Below, piece by piece: positions 12,958-24,661 of a DNA stretch of 64,000 nt. Below the pieces are notes generated by a model. That model was given only the letters and a program-made list of their open reading frames with translations, was not told where the DNA came from and made no database searches. Position numbers and translations under genes: made by a program. This stretch comes from Escherichia coli (GTDB lineage: Bacteria; Pseudomonadota; Gammaproteobacteria; Enterobacterales; Enterobacteriaceae). The stretch lies in assembly GCF_036507355.1 (NCBI RefSeq), contig NZ_AP027877.1; one strand, written 5' to 3'. Numbering within the stretch: the first letter of the stretch is position 1; the number at the start of each line of letters is the position of its first letter.

Positions 12958-13512
12958 TTACCACTCAAGAAATTCGACCGCAACAGTTGATGTCAGCCAG
13001 ACCCCGTTTTCCGCTTGCCAGAAAGGGAGGCCTCGTTTCGCCATTTCCTGTGCTTTGACGGTTAAAATAACCGGCGATCCGTGTCTTGCTCCCACTTTGC
13101 GTGCCGTTGCTTCATCAGCAGAGAGATGTACGTAGTGACGCTCACCTGCAATCAGCCCCTGTTTTTTTATCTCGTCAAGGAAACGGCTTGCCGTACCGTG
13201 GTAGAGAAACTGTGGCGGTGTTTTTTCGGCAAAGGAAATAGCGACCTGCGAAGTCGAATGCCCCTGAACCGCGCGGATGCACCTACCATCACTGGAATAA
13301 CTAAAACGCTTTTTATCGCTGGTGGCAACCACGGTATCCAGCAATGCACGGGTTAACCGCTTGCCCGCTTTTTGGGCACAAAGTATGAGCTTATCGATAT
13401 CCGCCCATCCTTCACGGTCCAGTACGATACCAATCGCCTCCGGTTTGTGTCGGAGGACAAAACTTAAAAACTTGCTCGTATCCGCCAGCTCTTTTTCGTT
13501 GTACTTTGCCAT
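12958..13512 (-). CDS. kptA: RNA 2'-phosphotransferase (Tpt1/KptA)
   Basis: 184-aa [45 protein letters not shown]... matches my memory of KptA. Confidence 0.85.
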   Translation of the reverse strand: MAKYNEKELADTSKFLSFVLRHKPEAIGIVLDREGWADIDKLILCAQKAGKRLTRALLDTVVATSDKKRFSYSSDGRCIRAVQGHSTSQVAISFAEKTPPQFLYHGTASRFLDEIKKQGLIAGERHYVHLSADEATARKVGARHGSPVILTVKAQEMAKRGLPFWQAENGVWLTSTVAVEFLEW

Positions 13513-13749
13513 CGCGTTTTCGTCCCTGGATTATCTGTTTTTTATTTACTATGTCATTGTCACTGGGTTTATGAATTTTCTGCAACTCAATCCTGCGTAG
13601 AACCTTTTCCACACAGCGTAATTTTACCGCTATGCAAAAAACGCATAGTCAGAAACATACTTGCATTTTCCCCATACCCACATGGCTGATAAGGTTTTTC
13701 AGCTCCAGGAATTTTCCTGGCTCAAGCAACACACAAACACAAAAAAACA

Positions 13750-14439
13750 ATGGGGATTGTTATGACACAACAAGGGGATGCTGTAGCCGGGGAGCTGGCG
13801 ACAGAAAAAGTGGGCATTAAAGGGTATCTGGCTTTTTTTCTCACCATAATCTTTTTTTCCGGTGTTTTTTCCGGGACAGACAGTTGGTGGCGCGTTTTTG
13901 ATTTTTCCGTTCTGAACGGATCGTTTGGGCAACTGCCTGGTGCGAACGGAGCCACCACCTCGTTTCGCGGCGCGGGTGGCGCGGGGGCTAAAGATGGCTT
14001 TCTCTTTGCGCTGGAGCTGGCACCGTCAGTCATTCTCTCTCTGGGGATTATTTCAATTACCGATGGTCTTGGCGGATTACGCGCCGCGCAGCAGTTAATG
14101 ACGCCAGTGCTAAAACCGTTGTTGGGCATTCCAGGGATCTGCTCGCTGGCGCTGATCGCTAACCTGCAAAACACCGATGCCGCCGCAGGTATGACCAAAG
14201 AGCTGGCGCAGGAAGGTGAAATTACCGAACGCGATAAAGTGATTTTCGCCGCATATCAAACCAGCGGTAGCGCCATTATCACCAACTACTTCTCTTCCGG
14301 CGTCGCGGTGTTTGCCTTTCTGGGCACGTCCGTAATCGTACCTTTAGCAGTCATCCTGGTGTTTAAATTTGTCGGAGCCAACATTTTGCGCGTCTGGCTT
14401 AACTTCGAAGAACGTCGCAACCCAACGCAAGGAGCGTAA
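13750..14439 (+). CDS. yjiH: Nucleoside-recognition-domain membrane protein
   Basis: 229-aa membrane ORF in the K-12 position; exact start uncertain. Confidence 0.75.
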   Translation: MGIVMTQQGDAVAGELATEKVGIKGYLAFFLTIIFFSGVFSGTDSWWRVFDFSVLNGSFGQLPGANGATTSFRGAGGAGAKDGFLFALELAPSVILSLGIISITDGLGGLRAAQQLMTPVLKPLLGIPGICSLALIANLQNTDAAAGMTKELAQEGEITERDKVIFAAYQTSGSAIITNYFSSGVAVFAFLGTSVIVPLAVILVFKFVGANILRVWLNFEERRNPTQGA

Positions 14440-14441
14440 GC

Positions 14442-14903
14442 ATGACAACTCAGGTCCGCAAAAACGTCATGGATATGTTTATCGATGGTGCGCGCCGTGG
14501 CTTTACTATCGCCACGACCAACCTGCTGCCAAACGTGGTGATGGCGTTTGTCATCATTCAGGCGCTGAAAATTACCGGCCTGCTCGACTGGGTGGGGCAT
14601 ATCTGTGAACCCGTAATGGCGCTGTGGGGATTACCCGGTGAAGCGGCAACCGTCCTTTTAGCCGCATTAATGAGTATGGGTGGCGCAGTCGGTGTTGCCG
14701 CCAGTCTGGCAACCGCTGGCGCATTAACCGGTCACGATGTCACCGTTTTACTGCCCGCGATGTATTTAATGGGCAACCCGGTGCAAAATGTCGGTCGCTG
14801 CCTGGGGACAGCCGAAGTGAATGCCAAATATTACCCGCATATCATTACGGTCTGCGTGATTAACGCATTGCTGTCGATCTGGGTTATGCAGCTTATTGTT
14901 TAA
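14442..14903 (+). CDS. yjiG: SpmB-like inner-membrane protein
   Basis: 153-aa membrane ORF immediately after yjiH, as in K-12. Confidence 0.8.
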   Translation: MTTQVRKNVMDMFIDGARRGFTIATTNLLPNVVMAFVIIQALKITGLLDWVGHICEPVMALWGLPGEAATVLLAALMSMGGAVGVAASLATAGALTGHDVTVLLPAMYLMGNPVQNVGRCLGTAEVNAKYYPHIITVCVINALLSIWVMQLIV

Positions 14904-14915
14904 CAAGGAGTTACC

Positions 14916-16088
14916 ATGATTGATTATACCGCAGCCGGTTTTACCCTACTGCAGGGAGCGCATTTGTATGCGCCGGAAGATCGGGGAATTTGCGATGTCC
15001 TCGTCGCTAACGGCAAAATTATCGCCGTTGCCAGTAATATCCCTTCTGACATTGTACCGGACTGCACGGTTGTCGATCTCAGCGGGCAGATCCTCTGCCC
15101 AGGTTTTATTGATCAACACGTCCATTTGATTGGCGGTGGCGGCGAAGCAGGTCCCACGACGCGCACGCCGGAAGTGGCGTTAAGTCGTCTGACGGAAGCA
15201 GGCGTCACGTCAGTGGTTGGTCTGCTGGGCACCGACTCTATCTCTCGCCACCCGGAATCCCTGCTCGCCAAGACCCGTGCGCTCAATGAAGAAGGCATCA
15301 GCGCCTGGATGCTGACCGGCGCTTATCATGTCCCTTCCCGCACTATTACGGGTTCCGTGGAAAAAGACGTGGCGATTATCGATCGCGTGATTGGCGTGAA
15401 ATGCGCCATCTCTGATCACCGTTCTGCCGCACCGGACGTTTATCACCTGGCTAATATGGCGGCGGAATCCCGCGTTGGCGGTTTGCTCGGCGGTAAACCT
15501 GGCGTCACCGTGTTCCACATGGGCGACAGCAAAAAGGCGTTACAGCCTGTCTATGACCTGCTGGAAAACTGCGATGTGCCGATTAGCAAGTTGCTGCCGA
15601 CCCACGTTAACCGCAACGTTCCGTTGTTTGAGCAGGCGCTGGAGTTCGCGCGCAAAGGCGGCACCATCGATATCACCAGCAGCATTGACGAACCAGTCGC
15701 CCCTGCCGAAGGTATTGCCCGCGCCGTTCAGGCGGGTATTCCGCTGGCACGCGTCACCCTCAGCTCCGACGGCAACGGTAGCCAGCCGTTCTTCGATGAC
15801 GAAGGGAATTTAACCCATATCGGTGTTGCCGGTTTTGAAACGTTGCTGGAAACCGTGCAGGTGCTGGTCAAAGATTATGATTTCAGTATCAGCGATGCCC
15901 TGCGCCCGCTCACCAGTAGCGTAGCCGGTTTCCTTAACCTGAGCGGGAAAGGCGAAATTCTGCCAGGCAATGACGCAGACTTACTGGTCATGACGCCAGA
16001 ATTACGCATTGAGCAGGTATACGCTCGCGGCAAGCTGATGGTCAAAGACGGCAAAGCCTGCGTGAAAGGAACGTTTGAAACGGCATAA
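14916..16088 (+). CDS. iadA: Isoaspartyl dipeptidase
   Basis: 390-aa ORF with amidohydrolase features (HxH in FIDQHVHLIGGGGE). Confidence 0.9.
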   Translation: MIDYTAAGFTLLQGAHLYAPEDRGICDVLVANGKIIAVASNIPSDIVPDCTVVDLSGQILCPGFIDQHVHLIGGGGEAGPTTRTPEVALSRLTEAGVTSVVGLLGTDSISRHPESLLAKTRALNEEGISAWMLTGAYHVPSRTITGSVEKDVAIIDRVIGVKCAISDHRSAAPDVYHLANMAAESRVGGLLGGKPGVTVFHMGDSKKALQPVYDLLENCDVPISKLLPTHVNRNVPLFEQALEFARKGGTIDITSSIDEPVAPAEGIARAVQAGIPLARVTLSSDGNGSQPFFDDEGNLTHIGVAGFETLLETVQVLVKDYDFSISDALRPLTSSVAGFLNLSGKGEILPGNDADLLVMTPELRIEQVYARGKLMVKDGKACVKGTFETA

Positions 16089-16091
16089 ACG

Positions 16092-16140
16092 GTTGTCAGC
16101 CGCCCGAATGGACGTAGAATGCCCGCAAGGGCGGCTGACA
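16092..16140 (+). terminator. Stem-loop after iadA
   Basis: TGTCAGCCGCCC ... GGGCGGCTGACA inverted repeat with a long loop; weak T-tract. Confidence 0.35.
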
Positions 16141-16152
16141 GAGTAAAACGTA

Positions 16153-17064
16153 ATGGATGACTGTGGTGCGGTTTTGCATAATATTGAAACTAAATGGCTT
16201 TATGATTTTCTGACCCTGGAAAAATGCCGCAATTTTTCCCAGGCAGCAGTCAGTCGCAACGTCTCGCAACCGGCATTCAGCCGCCGCATCCGTGCGCTGG
16301 AACAGGCGATTGGCGTTGAATTGTTTAACCGCCAGGTGACGCCGCTGCAACTCTCGGAACAAGGTAAAATATTCCATTCGCAGATCCGCCATCTGTTGCA
16401 ACAGTTAGAGAGCAACCTTGCAGAACTCCGTGGTGGCAGCGATTACGCGCAACGCAAAATTAAAATAGCCGCTGCACACTCTCTTTCCCTCGGGCTGTTA
16501 CCGTCCATTATCAGCCAGATGCCGCCGCTCTTTACCTGGGCAATTGAAGCTATTGATGTCGATGAAGCGGTTGATAAACTGCGTGAAGGGCAAAGTGACT
16601 GTATTTTTTCCTTTCACGACGAAGATTTGCTGGAAGCGCCGTTTGACCACATTCGCTTATTTGAATCTCAATTGTTCCCCGTTTGCGCCAGTGACGAACA
16701 CGGAGAAGCACTTTTTAACCTCGCGCAGCCACACTTTCCGTTACTGAATTACAGCCGCAACTCCTACATGGGGCGATTGATTAATCGCACCCTGACGCGC
16801 CACAGTGAGTTAAGTTTCGGCACCTTTTTTGTCTCTTCGATGAGCGAGCTTTTAAAGCAGGTTGCCCTCGACGGCTGTGGGATTGCCTGGCTACCGGAAT
16901 ACGCCATCCAACAAGAAATTCGCAGCGGGCAGCTCGTTGTACTGAATCGGGACGAACTGGTGATCCCGATTCAGGCCTATGCATACCGGATGAATACCCG
17001 CATGAATCCAGTTGCCGAACGCTTCTGGCGTGAACTGCGCGAGCTGGAGATTGTGCTTAGCTGA
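16153..17064 (+). CDS. hypT: LysR-family regulator (hypochlorite-responsive HypT)
   Basis: 303-aa ORF with an N-terminal LysR helix-turn-helix; K-12 yjiE position. Confidence 0.85.
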   Translation: MDDCGAVLHNIETKWLYDFLTLEKCRNFSQAAVSRNVSQPAFSRRIRALEQAIGVELFNRQVTPLQLSEQGKIFHSQIRHLLQQLESNLAELRGGSDYAQRKIKIAAAHSLSLGLLPSIISQMPPLFTWAIEAIDVDEAVDKLREGQSDCIFSFHDEDLLEAPFDHIRLFESQLFPVCASDEHGEALFNLAQPHFPLLNYSRNSYMGRLINRTLTRHSELSFGTFFVSSMSELLKQVALDGCGIAWLPEYAIQQEIRSGQLVVLNRDELVIPIQAYAYRMNTRMNPVAERFWRELRELEIVLS

Positions 17065-17449
17065 CATTCTCCAGCGTCGCACTGCGCCAACCGCCATTAT
17101 CCCAGACCAGATCAAACGTTAGCGATTCATCGTCGTGATACAGCATTATCTCAAGGCTGATCGCCAGAGTGTGGCAGTACGCTTCTTTCAAATTAACCTG
17201 CAACGCCGCAATCCGTGGCTCATGAAATAACAGTGCAGAACGCAGCTGACGGCAATACCAGCTCTGGAGATGTTTGTCGCTCGGGTTATGCACTTGCCAC
17301 TCGGGCATGCCTGAAACAAGTAATGACGGTAATGCCGAATGAGGAGAATTAAAAAGAGTGAGGAGATCGCTGCATACTGATTTACGCAGCGGTGACGTTT
17401 TATTGCCTGAAATTTCAGGTAAAACAGCCTGAAGTGATTGGCGCATCAT
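17057..17449 (-). CDS. iraD: Anti-adapter protein IraD
   Basis: From [25 protein letters not shown]; overlaps the hypT 3' end as in K-12. Confidence 0.8.
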   Translation of the reverse strand: MMRQSLQAVLPEISGNKTSPLRKSVCSDLLTLFNSPHSALPSLLVSGMPEWQVHNPSDKHLQSWYCRQLRSALLFHEPRIAALQVNLKEAYCHTLAISLEIMLYHDDESLTFDLVWDNGGWRSATLENVS

Positions 17450-18120
17450 TTTGCGCACTCCTGACGTTTAGCAACATATGCGGCTTGCCCTGAACACCGG
17501 GCACCACTGTATTGATGCTCATTTTCCATAGCCATTCCCTTTTGTTCATTACATCCATGTCAGTCTGAGACAGGCCTGAATCCTGTCAGCAAAGTATAAA
17601 ACCTTACTTGCCTATGAATATCTACTGACTTTTCAGGAAAAAAGTCATGATTTGATAAAAATCATCAAACTCAAAAAAAAACCGCTAGTATATTCTGAAT
17701 ATTCCGAATAGTTACGTAGATGAAAATACTTGTCACCACCGCTACTTAATTCCGGTGGGAAATTATTTATTTCCGCATAATCAGCCATGTATTATTTAAA
17801 ACAATTAGTTTGTAAATAATATAAATTGATAACATATCAAATACATCAAAAATACCATTCACAGGCATTATTAATATAGACATCAATATAGCAACATCAA
17901 ATTCCAATTAGTAATAAGATATGCTTTTAAATTGCATGCAAATAATTTTAAATGAGCGTTTTTTGATACTTTAGAGTGTTTCCCACCATTTAATATCACT
18001 GTGTAGAGTTGATATCACTACAACAGAAACATGCATGTCATTTGTTTACTTCTCTTTTTACTACAGAAAAATTTATCTATTTTTCTAAGCATCAGTGAAA
18101 TACTCATAAAGGTAACTATT

Positions 18121-18951
18121 ATGTCTATGCCATTAAGCAATGCCCTTCAGAGTCAAATTATTACAGATAATCACTTCCTTCATCATCCAAAAGTCGACAG
18201 TGAGTTAACACGTAAACATGAACGTGCACGCATGGATACGGAAAATATCTATCTTCCGCCTCTTGCTCGTGGCAATAACCATAATTACGATGGAAAAAGC
18301 GTTGTCGAAATTAGAAAACTTGATATTAGTAAAGAGTCCTGGCCATTTAATTATGTGACAGAAACATGCAGAGAATTCAATGGTATTACAACAACAGGAC
18401 GTATGCTCTATCGAAACTTGAAAATCACCTCAGCTTTAGACGAAATATATGGTGGTATATGTAAAAAGGCGCATGCTGCCACAGAGTTAGCAGAAGGATT
18501 ACGGCTAAATTTATTTATGAAAAGCCCTTTCGATCCTGTTGAGGACTATACAGTTCATGAAATAACATTAGGCCCTGGTTGCAATGTTCCTGGTTATGCC
18601 GGAACCACGATAGGATATATTTCAACCCTTCCAGCTTCTCAGGCAAAAAGATGGACCAATGAGCAGCCAAGGATTGATATCTATATTGATCAGATAATGA
18701 CGGTAACAGGGGTAGCAAATTCTTCCGGATTCGCCCTTGCCGCATTACTTAATGCTAATATTGAGTTGGGTAATGACCCAATAATTGGTATAGAAGCCTA
18801 TCCCGGTACCGCGGAGATCCATGCAAAAATGGGATATAAAGTTATCCCGGGTGATGAAAATGCACCACTCAAACGTATGACTCTGCAACCGTCATCTCTT
18901 CCAGAACTGTTTGAATTAAAAAATGGTGAATGGAATTATATTGGTAAATAA
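18121..18951 (+). CDS. yjiC: Uncharacterised protein YjiC
   Basis: From MSMPLSNALQSQIITDNHFLHH (ATG at 18121 checked); preceded by about 650 bp of AT-rich sequence. Confidence 0.7.
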   Translation: MSMPLSNALQSQIITDNHFLHHPKVDSELTRKHERARMDTENIYLPPLARGNNHNYDGKSVVEIRKLDISKESWPFNYVTETCREFNGITTTGRMLYRNLKITSALDEIYGGICKKAHAATELAEGLRLNLFMKSPFDPVEDYTVHEITLGPGCNVPGYAGTTIGYISTLPASQAKRWTNEQPRIDIYIDQIMTVTGVANSSGFALAALLNANIELGNDPIIGIEAYPGTAEIHAKMGYKVIPGDENAPLKRMTLQPSSLPELFELKNGEWNYIGK

Positions 18952-19091
18952 CTACCAGGAAGAATGAGTACTAACATTCAGGTTATACAGATAGCTAAAC
19001 AATCCCCTGCAATTTACAAAGTAATACTCATTGCGACTTCTTAATTTAAGAAAGCGCAAGGAACGTTTACCCTTGCGCTTATTATAATAAG

Positions 19092-19865
19092 TCAGGCGTC
19101 GACTTTATCCAGCGGCCATGAATCAAACAGATAGCCATCAAAATAAATATCGTCAACGTTCGAGAATTCCAGCAGACGTTGCTTAACGTTTTCCAGATGC
19201 TGCCACATTGCCAGCTTCGCCGCTCGGGCATCTTTTTTGATTAACGCGGCGAGGATCTGTTTGTGATCGCCCAACCACTCTTTGCGATACAGGCTGTCAT
19301 CCAGATGGCTGTGCAACTGGATCCACATTGGATTGTTTTCCCGCCACTGCCAGGACTGACGGAACAGCTCCACCAGCATGCTGTTATGCGTTGCTTCGGC
19401 AATAGCGAGATGGAACTGCATGTCACCGCTTTCGCTGCTGCCCGGCGCACTGGAAGCCAGTTCACGCTCTTCCAGTTGCAATGCCTGACGCATTTTGACG
19501 ATATCTTCGCGGGTAGCCTGCAGGGCGGCAAACTCGGCGATGTTGCTCTCAAGAAGCTGTCGCGCCTGCAACAGCTCAAAAGGACCCGCATCATTGCAAA
19601 CGTTGGCATCCGGACTGTCTGTGTTGTGGCTGCCTGAGCTATCAAGAACATAGATACCGGCACCCCGGCGCACTTCCACCAGCCCTTTGATCTCCAGCAT
19701 GATCAGCGCTTCACGTACCACCGTCCGCGTGACATCAAGCATTTCTGCAATTTCACGCTCCGGCGGCAACCGTTCGCCAGGATTGTACGGCGTCTTTATG
19801 ATCAGATCGCGGATCATCGCCCCGACTTCCTGGTAAGGTCTTTGCGCAGAGGTGGCAGATTTCAT
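19092..19865 (-). CDS. uxuR: GntR-family repressor of the uxu operon
   Basis: 257-aa ORF MKSATSAQRPYQEVGAMIRDLIIKTPYNPGERLPPEREIAEMLDVTRT... Confidence 0.9.
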   Translation of the reverse strand: MKSATSAQRPYQEVGAMIRDLIIKTPYNPGERLPPEREIAEMLDVTRTVVREALIMLEIKGLVEVRRGAGIYVLDSSGSHNTDSPDANVCNDAGPFELLQARQLLESNIAEFAALQATREDIVKMRQALQLEERELASSAPGSSESGDMQFHLAIAEATHNSMLVELFRQSWQWRENNPMWIQLHSHLDDSLYRKEWLGDHKQILAALIKKDARAAKLAMWQHLENVKQRLLEFSNVDDIYFDGYLFDSWPLDKVDA

Positions 19866-19901
19866 GGTGTTGTGTCCGTTAGGTGCGGTTAATCAAATTT
19901 T

Positions 19902-19937
19902 TGCCGGATGCGGCGTGAACGCCTTATCCGGCCTACA
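19902..19937. repeat. REP element
   Basis: GCCGGATGCGGCGTGAACGCCTTATCCGGCCTAC palindromic unit. Confidence 0.7.
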
Positions 19938-20079
19938 ACGGGCAATTTTACGGCACCCGTTAATCTCAAACTATACCATTAGCACTGGAAGTTGGCACGT
20001 ACAGGTGGGCAAAAAAACGAAAACTGGTCAACCAAATATCAGTTTGATTGACCAGTAAGTCTGTAGGGTAATCAGTTAG

Positions 20080-21540
20080 TTACAGCGCAGCCACACACTC
20101 GCGCGCACCGCGTTCGCACAGCTGCTGATATGCCGCCGTCACCGCGCCAACAAAGTCGGCATTCTGCGGCAGATCATCGGCAAAAATACCGCTCAGGCCC
20201 AGCAGCGCTTTCACGCGGTCTGCGCCCTGATACTGCGCGTTAATCTTCTGGAACTCGGCCAGCATCGGGTCGACCACGTCAATGGCATTACCCTGCTCAT
20301 CCACGCCCTGGGTGTAACGCATCCAGCCAGCCACGCCCAGCGCCAGGTGACGCCAGCTGCCGCCGTTTTGCAGGTGCAGACGCACCGGATCCAGCAGACG
20401 CTGCGGTAACTTCTGGCTGCCGTCCATCGCAATCTGCCAGGTACGGTGACGCAGAGACGGGTTGCTGAAACGCTCGATCAGCAGCGTCGCATAGGCGTTC
20501 AGGTCCGTACCTTCCGGCATCGACAGCGTTGGCGCTTGTTCCTGCATCATCAGGGCAAAGGCCGCTTTGCGATAATCCGGGTTAGTCATGGTGTCGGCAA
20601 TAGTTTCATAGCCGCCGAGGTAACCGAGGTATGCCAGGAAAGAGTGGCTGCCGTTCAGCATACGCAGCTTCATCATTTCGAACGGCACAACGTCTGCAAC
20701 GAACTGTGCGCCCACTTTATCCCAGTCCGGACGACCATTAACGAAGTTATCTTCAATCACCCACTGACGGAACGGTTCGCAGGCAATGGCGCACGGGTCA
20801 TAAACACCCAGCTGGTCAGCAATTTCCTGTAAGGTTTCTGGCGTCGCCGCCGGAACGATGCGGTCAACCATGGTGCACGGGAAGGTGACGTTCTCTTCAA
20901 TCCATGCCGCCAGCTGCGGGTCACGCGCCTGAGCCAGCCCCAGTACCGCGACCTTCGCCACATGACCGTTTTCACGCACGTTATCGCAGGACATCACCGT
21001 AAACGCTTTCAGCCCTTTTTCACGACGCAGACGCAGGGCTTCGACGATGTAACCAATCGCAGACTTCGGCGCAGTCGGGTTTTCCAGATCGTGCTTGATC
21101 AGCGGGTTATTGAGATCCAACTGACCGCTTGCCGCATCAGCGCAGTAGCCTTTTTCCGTGACCGTCAGAGAGACAATCGCCGTCTGCGGACGCGCCATCG
21201 CGTTGAGAATACCTTCGCAGCCGTCGATTTCCGGATGCAGCGCTTCTTTCATCGAACCGATAATTTTCAGTTCGGTGCTTTCCGCGCCTTTTTCCGCCAC
21301 GGTGTACAGCAGTTGCTGTTTTTTCAGGTTTTCAATCAGCACACGGTCGTTACCTGGCATCAGGTTAACTTCGCAGATACCCCAGTCGCTGTCGGTGCTT
21401 TCCAGCAGATGATGGGTATACAGCGCCTGGTGCGCGCGGTGAAACGCCCCGCAACCGAGATGCACAATGCGTGATTCCAGACGAGAATGCTCCCATGACG
21501 GGCGGGCAACCGGCAGATTGCTGTCAACAATAGTAGTCAT
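20080..21540 (-). CDS. uxuB: D-mannonate oxidoreductase
   Basis: 486-aa ORF in the uxuA-uxuB-uxuR arrangement. Confidence 0.9.
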   Translation of the reverse strand: MTTIVDSNLPVARPSWEHSRLESRIVHLGCGAFHRAHQALYTHHLLESTDSDWGICEVNLMPGNDRVLIENLKKQQLLYTVAEKGAESTELKIIGSMKEALHPEIDGCEGILNAMARPQTAIVSLTVTEKGYCADAASGQLDLNNPLIKHDLENPTAPKSAIGYIVEALRLRREKGLKAFTVMSCDNVRENGHVAKVAVLGLAQARDPQLAAWIEENVTFPCTMVDRIVPAATPETLQEIADQLGVYDPCAIACEPFRQWVIEDNFVNGRPDWDKVGAQFVADVVPFEMMKLRMLNGSHSFLAYLGYLGGYETIADTMTNPDYRKAAFALMMQEQAPTLSMPEGTDLNAYATLLIERFSNPSLRHRTWQIAMDGSQKLPQRLLDPVRLHLQNGGSWRHLALGVAGWMRYTQGVDEQGNAIDVVDPMLAEFQKINAQYQGADRVKALLGLSGIFADDLPQNADFVGAVTAAYQQLCERGARECVAAL

Positions 21541-21620
21541 CGTAAACTCCAGAATCCGTCTTCAGAGAGTGACGGCAAGGAAGAAGGAACCGGCACGGCG
21601 CGCAGCCATGCCGGTGGATA

Positions 21621-22805
21621 TTAACGGCTAAAGAAAGCGCGCTGGATCGCCAGTTCGACACCGCGAACTTCGGCCAGGCCTTTCAGACGACCAATTGCGG
21701 AGTAACCTGGGTTAGTTTTCTTCTTCAGGTCGTCCAGCATCTGATGACCGTGGTCCGGACGCATCGGGATCAGGTCTTCTTTGCCTTCCGCTTTACGACG
21801 GTGTTCCTCTTCAACAATCGCTTTCACCACTTCGTACATATCAACGTCACCGTTCAAGTGCGCCGCTTCGTGGAAGGTTTTCGGGTTATCTTCACGCATG
21901 GTGGAGCGCAGATGGGTGAAGTAAATACGCGGACCGAACTGCTTGATCATATCAACCAGATCGTTGTCAGCACGCACGCCGTAGGAACCGGTGCACATGG
22001 TGAAACCGTTCGCCATGCTGTTTACGGTATCAACCATCCACTGCATATCTTCAATGGTGGAAACAATGCGCGGCAGGCCGAGGATCGGGCGCGGCGGATC
22101 GTCCGGGTGAACAGCCATACGGACGCCAACTTCTTCGGCAACCGGAATAATCGCTTTCAGGAAGACGGCAAAGTTTTCGCGCAGTTTGGCTTTGTCGATA
22201 TCTTTATATAGCTCCAGGTGCTTACGGAACTGGTCGAGGGTGTACCCTTCTTCCGCGCCCGGAAGACCAGCAATGATGTTACGGGTCAGACGCGCTTTGT
22301 CTTCGTCGCTCATAGTGGCGAAGCGAACAGCTGCCTGAGCAATTTCTTCTTCGGTGTAATCCGCTTCCGCGCCTGGACGTTTCAGGATATGCATTTCGAA
22401 TGCAGCGAATTCGATCTGGTCAAAGCGCAGAGCTTTGGAGCCGTCTGGCAGCACGTATTCGAGGTCAGTACGGGTCCAGTCGAGCACCGGCATGAAGTTG
22501 TAGCACACGGTGCGAATGCCGCACTGCGCCAGGTTGCGCAGAGTCTGCTGATAGTTAGCGATCCACTGCTCATAGTTGCCAGTGTGGGTTTTGATATCTT
22601 CGTGAATTGGCACGCTTTCTACGACAGACCATACCAGGCCTGCGTCTTCAACGATCGCCTTGCGTTTGAGGATCTCTTCAACGGACCATACTTCGCCGTT
22701 CGGGATATGGTGCAGCGCGGTAACCACGCCAGTTGCGCCCGCCTGACGGACATCAGCTAAAGAAACCGGATCGTTTGGGCCGTACCAGCGCCAGGTCTGT
22801 TCCAT
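21621..22805 (-). CDS. uxuA: D-mannonate dehydratase
   Basis: From [28 protein letters not shown]; the track ORF carries a 12-codon extension. Confidence 0.9.
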
Positions 22806-23144
22806 GATTTTTCCTCTTTCACATAGTGGGTTCCACAGCAAAGAGACGCGGAACCCTGGAGTTGTTTAGGTATCCGGATGAACAACCAGACCGCAGCCGT
22901 GGCGTTGCATCGGATGAGATGGCGTATAAGTTCTACCTTTTGGTAATACATGTCAACCCGAATTCTAAAATTGGTTAACCACATCACAAGAATTTCACTC
23001 TCCTGGTTGTTGCTGCAAATTGCAGCAAAGGGTAATCGATGGTTATTGATCAGAGGATGTGACATTCATCGCAACAATGGTTGACCAATTTACATAACAT
23101 GTCGCCCAAAATAACAACGGTTCAACCAGGTAAGGTAAAACGTT

Positions 23145-24488
23145 ATGCATGTGCTTAACATTCTCTGGGTGGTATTCGGCATTGGTCTGATGCTGGTACT
23201 GAATTTGAAGTTCAAAATCAATTCAATGGTGGCTTTGTTGGTGGCGGCGCTGTCCGTCGGGATGCTGGCGGGCATGGATTTGATGTCGCTGCTGCACACC
23301 ATGAAAGCGGGCTTCGGCAACACGCTGGGGGAACTGGCTATCATCGTGGTGTTCGGTGCGGTCATCGGTAAATTGATGGTCGACTCCGGCGCGGCTCACC
23401 AGATAGCACATACGCTGCTGGCACGTCTCGGTCTGCGCTATGTACAGCTGTCGGTGATTATCATCGGCCTGATTTTTGGTCTGGCGATGTTCTATGAAGT
23501 GGCCTTTATCATGTTAGCGCCGCTGGTTATTGTCATTGCCGCCGAAGCTAAAATTCCGTTCCTGAAACTGGCGATCCCGGCAGTAGCAGCTGCCACTACC
23601 GCACATTCACTGTTCCCACCGCAGCCGGGTCCTGTGGCGCTGGTGAATGCTTATGGCGCAGATATGGGGATGGTTTATATCTATGGCGTACTGGTGACGA
23701 TCCCAAGTGTAATCTGCGCTGGTCTGATCCTGCCGAAGTTCCTCGGCAATCTTGAGCGCCCAACGCCATCATTCCTGAAAGCAGATCAACCGGTAGATAT
23801 GAACAATCTGCCCTCTTTCGGCGTTTCGATTCTGGTGCCGCTGATCCCGGCGATCATTATGATCTCCACCACCATCGCCAATATCTGGCTGGTAAAAGAT
23901 ACCCCTGCCTGGGAAGTGGTTAACTTTATCGGTTCCTCGCCGATTGCAATGTTTATTGCGATGGTGGTTGCATTCGTACTCTTTGGCACCGCACGTGGTC
24001 ATGACATGCAGTGGGTGATGAACGCTTTTGAAAGTGCGGTGAAAAGCATTGCAATGGTGATTCTGATCATCGGTGCGGGTGGCGTGTTGAAGCAAACTAT
24101 CATCGACACCGGCATTGGCGACACCATCGGCATGTTGATGTCCCACGGCAATATCTCGCCCTACATTATGGCATGGCTGATCACTGTGCTAATTCGTCTG
24201 GCGACGGGTCAGGGTGTCGTTTCGGCGATGACCGCCGCCGGGATTATCAGTGCTGCAATCCTTGATCCAGCAACCGGTCAGCTGGTTGGCGTGAATCCGG
24301 CGCTGCTGGTGCTGGCGACGGCTGCGGGTTCCAACACCCTCACCCACATTAATGATGCCTCATTCTGGCTGTTCAAAGGTTACTTTGACCTGTCGGTAAA
24401 AGACACGTTGAAAACCTGGGGACTGCTGGAGCTGGTCAACTCCGTGGTTGGGCTGATTATTGTGTTGATTATCAGCATGGTAGCGTAA
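23145..24488 (+). CDS. gntP: GntP-family gluconate/fructuronate transporter
   Basis: 447-aa hydrophobic ORF between uxuA and fimH, as in K-12. Confidence 0.9.
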
Positions 24489-24553
24489 AAGAACACCAGA
24501 GCCTGCCAATGGCGGGCTCTGTTCGGATTGTCGGCAAAGTGCGCTTTGTTTAT

Positions 24554-24592
24554 GCCAGATGCGACGCTGACGCGTCTTATCTGGCCTACAAA
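24554..24592. repeat. REP element
   Basis: GCCAGATGCGACGCTGACGCGTCTTATCTGGCCTAC. Confidence 0.7.
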
Positions 24593-24661
24593 GGGCTAAC
24601 GTGCAGGTTTTTAGCTTCAGGTAATATTGCGTACCTGCATTAGCAATGCCCTGTGATTTCT

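Noticed and set aside
20962-22760. Several 155-180-aa plus-strand ORFs overlapping uxuB and uxuA
   Set aside because: Antisense artefacts; uxuA and uxuB on the minus strand are confidently recognised.
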